Translations under genes and position numbers: made by a program | In this document: positions 62,144 through 64,000 of the stretch, in pieces | How positions within the stretch are numbered: position 1 is the first letter of the stretch | Layout: each line of letters starts with the position of its first letter | Origin: Candidatus Sulfomarinibacteraceae bacterium | Lineage (GTDB): Bacteria > Acidobacteriota > Thermoanaerobaculia > Thermoanaerobaculales > Sulfomarinibacteraceae | DNA length: 64,000 bases | NCBI GenBank assembly: GCA_963796455.1 | Contig: CAWCLO010000001.1 | Location: forward strand, 992,001 to 1,056,000 | Direction: 5' to 3' | The notes under the pieces: model-generated | Databases searched by the model: none | The model's input: the letters and a program-made list of their open reading frames with translations, nothing else | Told to the model about the DNA's origin: nothing

Positions 62144-64000
62144 CTATGACTCGTTTTCACCATCCTCGGAACCGGCGTGGTCTTTGATCGGGGGCGCATC
62201 GGAGCTCATCTTGAGTTCGCCGCCGAGCGCCGCCACAGGATCCAGCATGATCACGTGAGTCAGGATCTGGGCCGCGTCCTGAACCGCATAGATCGCCTCT
62301 TCGAGCACCGAGCGTTCTTCGCTCGTGAGCGCCTTGCGGGCGCGGTTGATCGTCGCTCTGACTTCTTCACGATCTTCGGTCGAAAGCCCCGCACCAAACT
62401 CACGAACGACCCGCTCGTTGGTATAGAGAAGGCCCTCGAGTCGGTTCTGGAGTTCGCGAATCTCGCGGTGTTCCTGATCGTCTTTGCGAAACTTGTCGGC
62501 TTCGGCAATCAACGCATCGATCTCCGCCTTCGAAAGACCGCCGGCCGGGTTGACCTCGATGCTCTGTTCCTTGCCGGTTGCGAGATCTCGGGCACTCACG
62601 TTGACGATCCCATTGGAATCGATAGCAAAGGTGACCTCGATCTGAGGCACCCCTCGGGGGGCAGGCGGAATTCCGACAAGATCAAATCGACCCAGCGATC
62701 GGTTCTCGCTGGAGATACCTCGCTCGCCTTGGAGAACATGAATGTTCACCGTGGTTTGGTTTTCTCCAACGGTCGTGAAGATCATCGATTTCTTAGTCGG
62801 CACGGTTGAATTGCGTTCGATGATTCTGGTGAAGAGCCCGCCGTGAGTCTCGATGCCGAGGGACAGCGGCGTCACGTCGAGCAGGATGAGGTCCTTGACT
62901 TCACCCTGCAGAATGCCGGCCTGAATGGCGGCACCGATGCCGACCACTTCGTCGGGATTGATGTCCTGATTGGCCTCGCGTTTGAAGAATTCCGCGACGG
63001 TCCTCTGAACCAATGGCATCCGGGTTTGCCCACCCACCAGGATGACCTCGTTGATCTGTTCGGGCTCCAGGCGCGCCGCCTCGAGCGCATTGCGACAAGG
63101 TTCCAGGGTTCGTTCGACGAGGTCGGCGACCAGGCCCTCGACCTGGGTCTGAGTGAGGGTCACCTGGAGGTGCTTCGGACCAGTGTGGTCGGCAGCGATA
63201 AAGGGCAGCGAGATCTCGTTTTCTTCATGGGTCGAGAGCTCACATTTGGCGGCCTCGGCCGCCTCTTTGATGCGCTGCATGGCCATCATGTCGCCCGACA
63301 GGTCGAGTCCGGTTTCAGTTTTGAACTCCTGCAGGAGGTGCTCCATGATCCTGGAGTCAAAATCCTCACCACCCAAAAAAGTGTCGCCGGCTGTGGACTT
63401 CACCTCGTAGATACCATCGCCGATTTCGAGCACCGAGATATCGAAAGTACCGCCGCCGAGGTCGTACACTGCGATGGTCTCGTTTTTGTTCTTGCCAAAA
63501 CCGTAGGCCAACGACGCTGCCGTCGGCTCATTGATGATTCGAAGCACTTCCAGACCGGCAATGGTGCCGGCATCCTTGGTGGCCTGTCGCTGACTGTCGT
63601 CGAAGTATGCCGGAACCGTAATGATTGCCTGGGTGATCTCCTCACCCAGAAACTCCTCGGCGAACTCCTTGATCTCACGCAGGATGAATGAAGAAATTTC
63701 GGGAGGGCTGTACTGCCGTTCGAGAATCTCCACACTCACGTCGCCGTTTTCCGCCTCGACAATGGAATACGGCACCAAGGTTCTCGCCCACCGCACTTCT
63801 TCGGAATCGAAACGGCGGCCGATCAGACGTTTGACTGCATATGCGGTGTTCTGAGGATTGGTCATCGCCTGACGTCGCGCGATCTGGCCAACCAGGCGCT
63901 CCCCGGCGGCCGTGAAAGCGACCACCGAAGGCGTCGTTCTGGCGCCTTCTCGATTTGGTATGACCACGGGCTTGGTGACATCGACCACCGCAGCACAGCA
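62144..64000 (-). CDS. dnaK: Chaperone DnaK (5' end outside window)
   Basis: [39 protein letters not shown]. Confidence 0.96.
   Translation of the reverse strand, partial: CCAAVVDVTKPVVIPNREGARTTPSVVAFTAAGERLVGQIARRQAMTNPQNTAYAVKRLIGRRFDSEEVRWARTLVPYSIVEAENGDVSVEILERQYSPPEISSFILREIKEFAEEFLGEEITQAIITVPAYFDDSQRQATKDAGTIAGLEVLRIINEPTAASLAYGFGKNKNETIAVYDLGGGTFDISVLEIGDGIYEVKSTAGDTFLGGEDFDSRIMEHLLQEFKTETGLDLSGDMMAMQRIKEAAEAAKCELSTHEENEISLPFIAADHTGPKHLQVTLTQTQVEGLVADLVERTLEPCRNALEAARLEPEQINEVILVGGQTRMPLVQRTVAEFFKREANQDINPDEVVGIGAAIQAGILQGEVKDLILLDVTPLSLGIETHGGLFTRIIERNSTVPTKKSMIFTTVGENQTTVNIHVLQGERGISSENRSLGRFDLVGIPPAPRGVPQIEVTFAIDSNGIVNVSARDLATGKEQSIEVNPAGGLSKAEIDALIAEADKFRKDDQEHREIRELQNRLEGLLYTNERVVREFGAGLSTEDREEVRATINRARKALTSEERSVLEEAIYAVQDAAQILTHVIMLDPVAALGGELKMSSDAPPIKDHAGSEDGENES

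Noticed and set aside
60830..64000. dnaK-dnaJ-prmA-rsmE arrangement as a novelty
   Set aside because: This is a widely conserved gene order.

Overview
A 64-kb, GC-rich (roughly 60%) bacterial chromosomal segment. Gene content (Oar-like TonB receptor, sulfatase-TPR lipoprotein, PEGA protein, MacAB-type cassette) suggests Acidobacteriota; this is inference only. It holds about 50 genes: mccAB-like transsulfuration, an ABC efflux cassette, nifUS, a carnitine/betaine-type catabolic cluster, a galactoside utilisation locus, gdh, ilvE and the dnaK-dnaJ-prmA-rsmE-tatD block. Genes at about 22-43 kb carry many single-base frameshifts, probably consensus errors. The most unusual signal is intergenic. 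Six copies of one transposase-less element occur at about 7.8, 9.8, 15.7, 20.0, 48.9 and 54.0 kb. It has ~18-bp terminal inverted repeats (CACTSYTGTCCAARACAA-like), 2-bp target duplications, internal inverted arms of CAGCGR-type repeats, and a four-helix-bundle (TIGR02436/IVS-protein-like) gene as cargo. That gene is intact in one copy and deleted, inverted, REP-replaced or absent in the others. Several copies sit in a second family of locus-specific inverted heptamer arrays, producing nested repeat stacks. A promoter- and terminator-delimited candidate sRNA lies at about 54.85-55.02 kb. No rRNA, tRNA, CRISPR array, transposase or reverse transcriptase was recognised.
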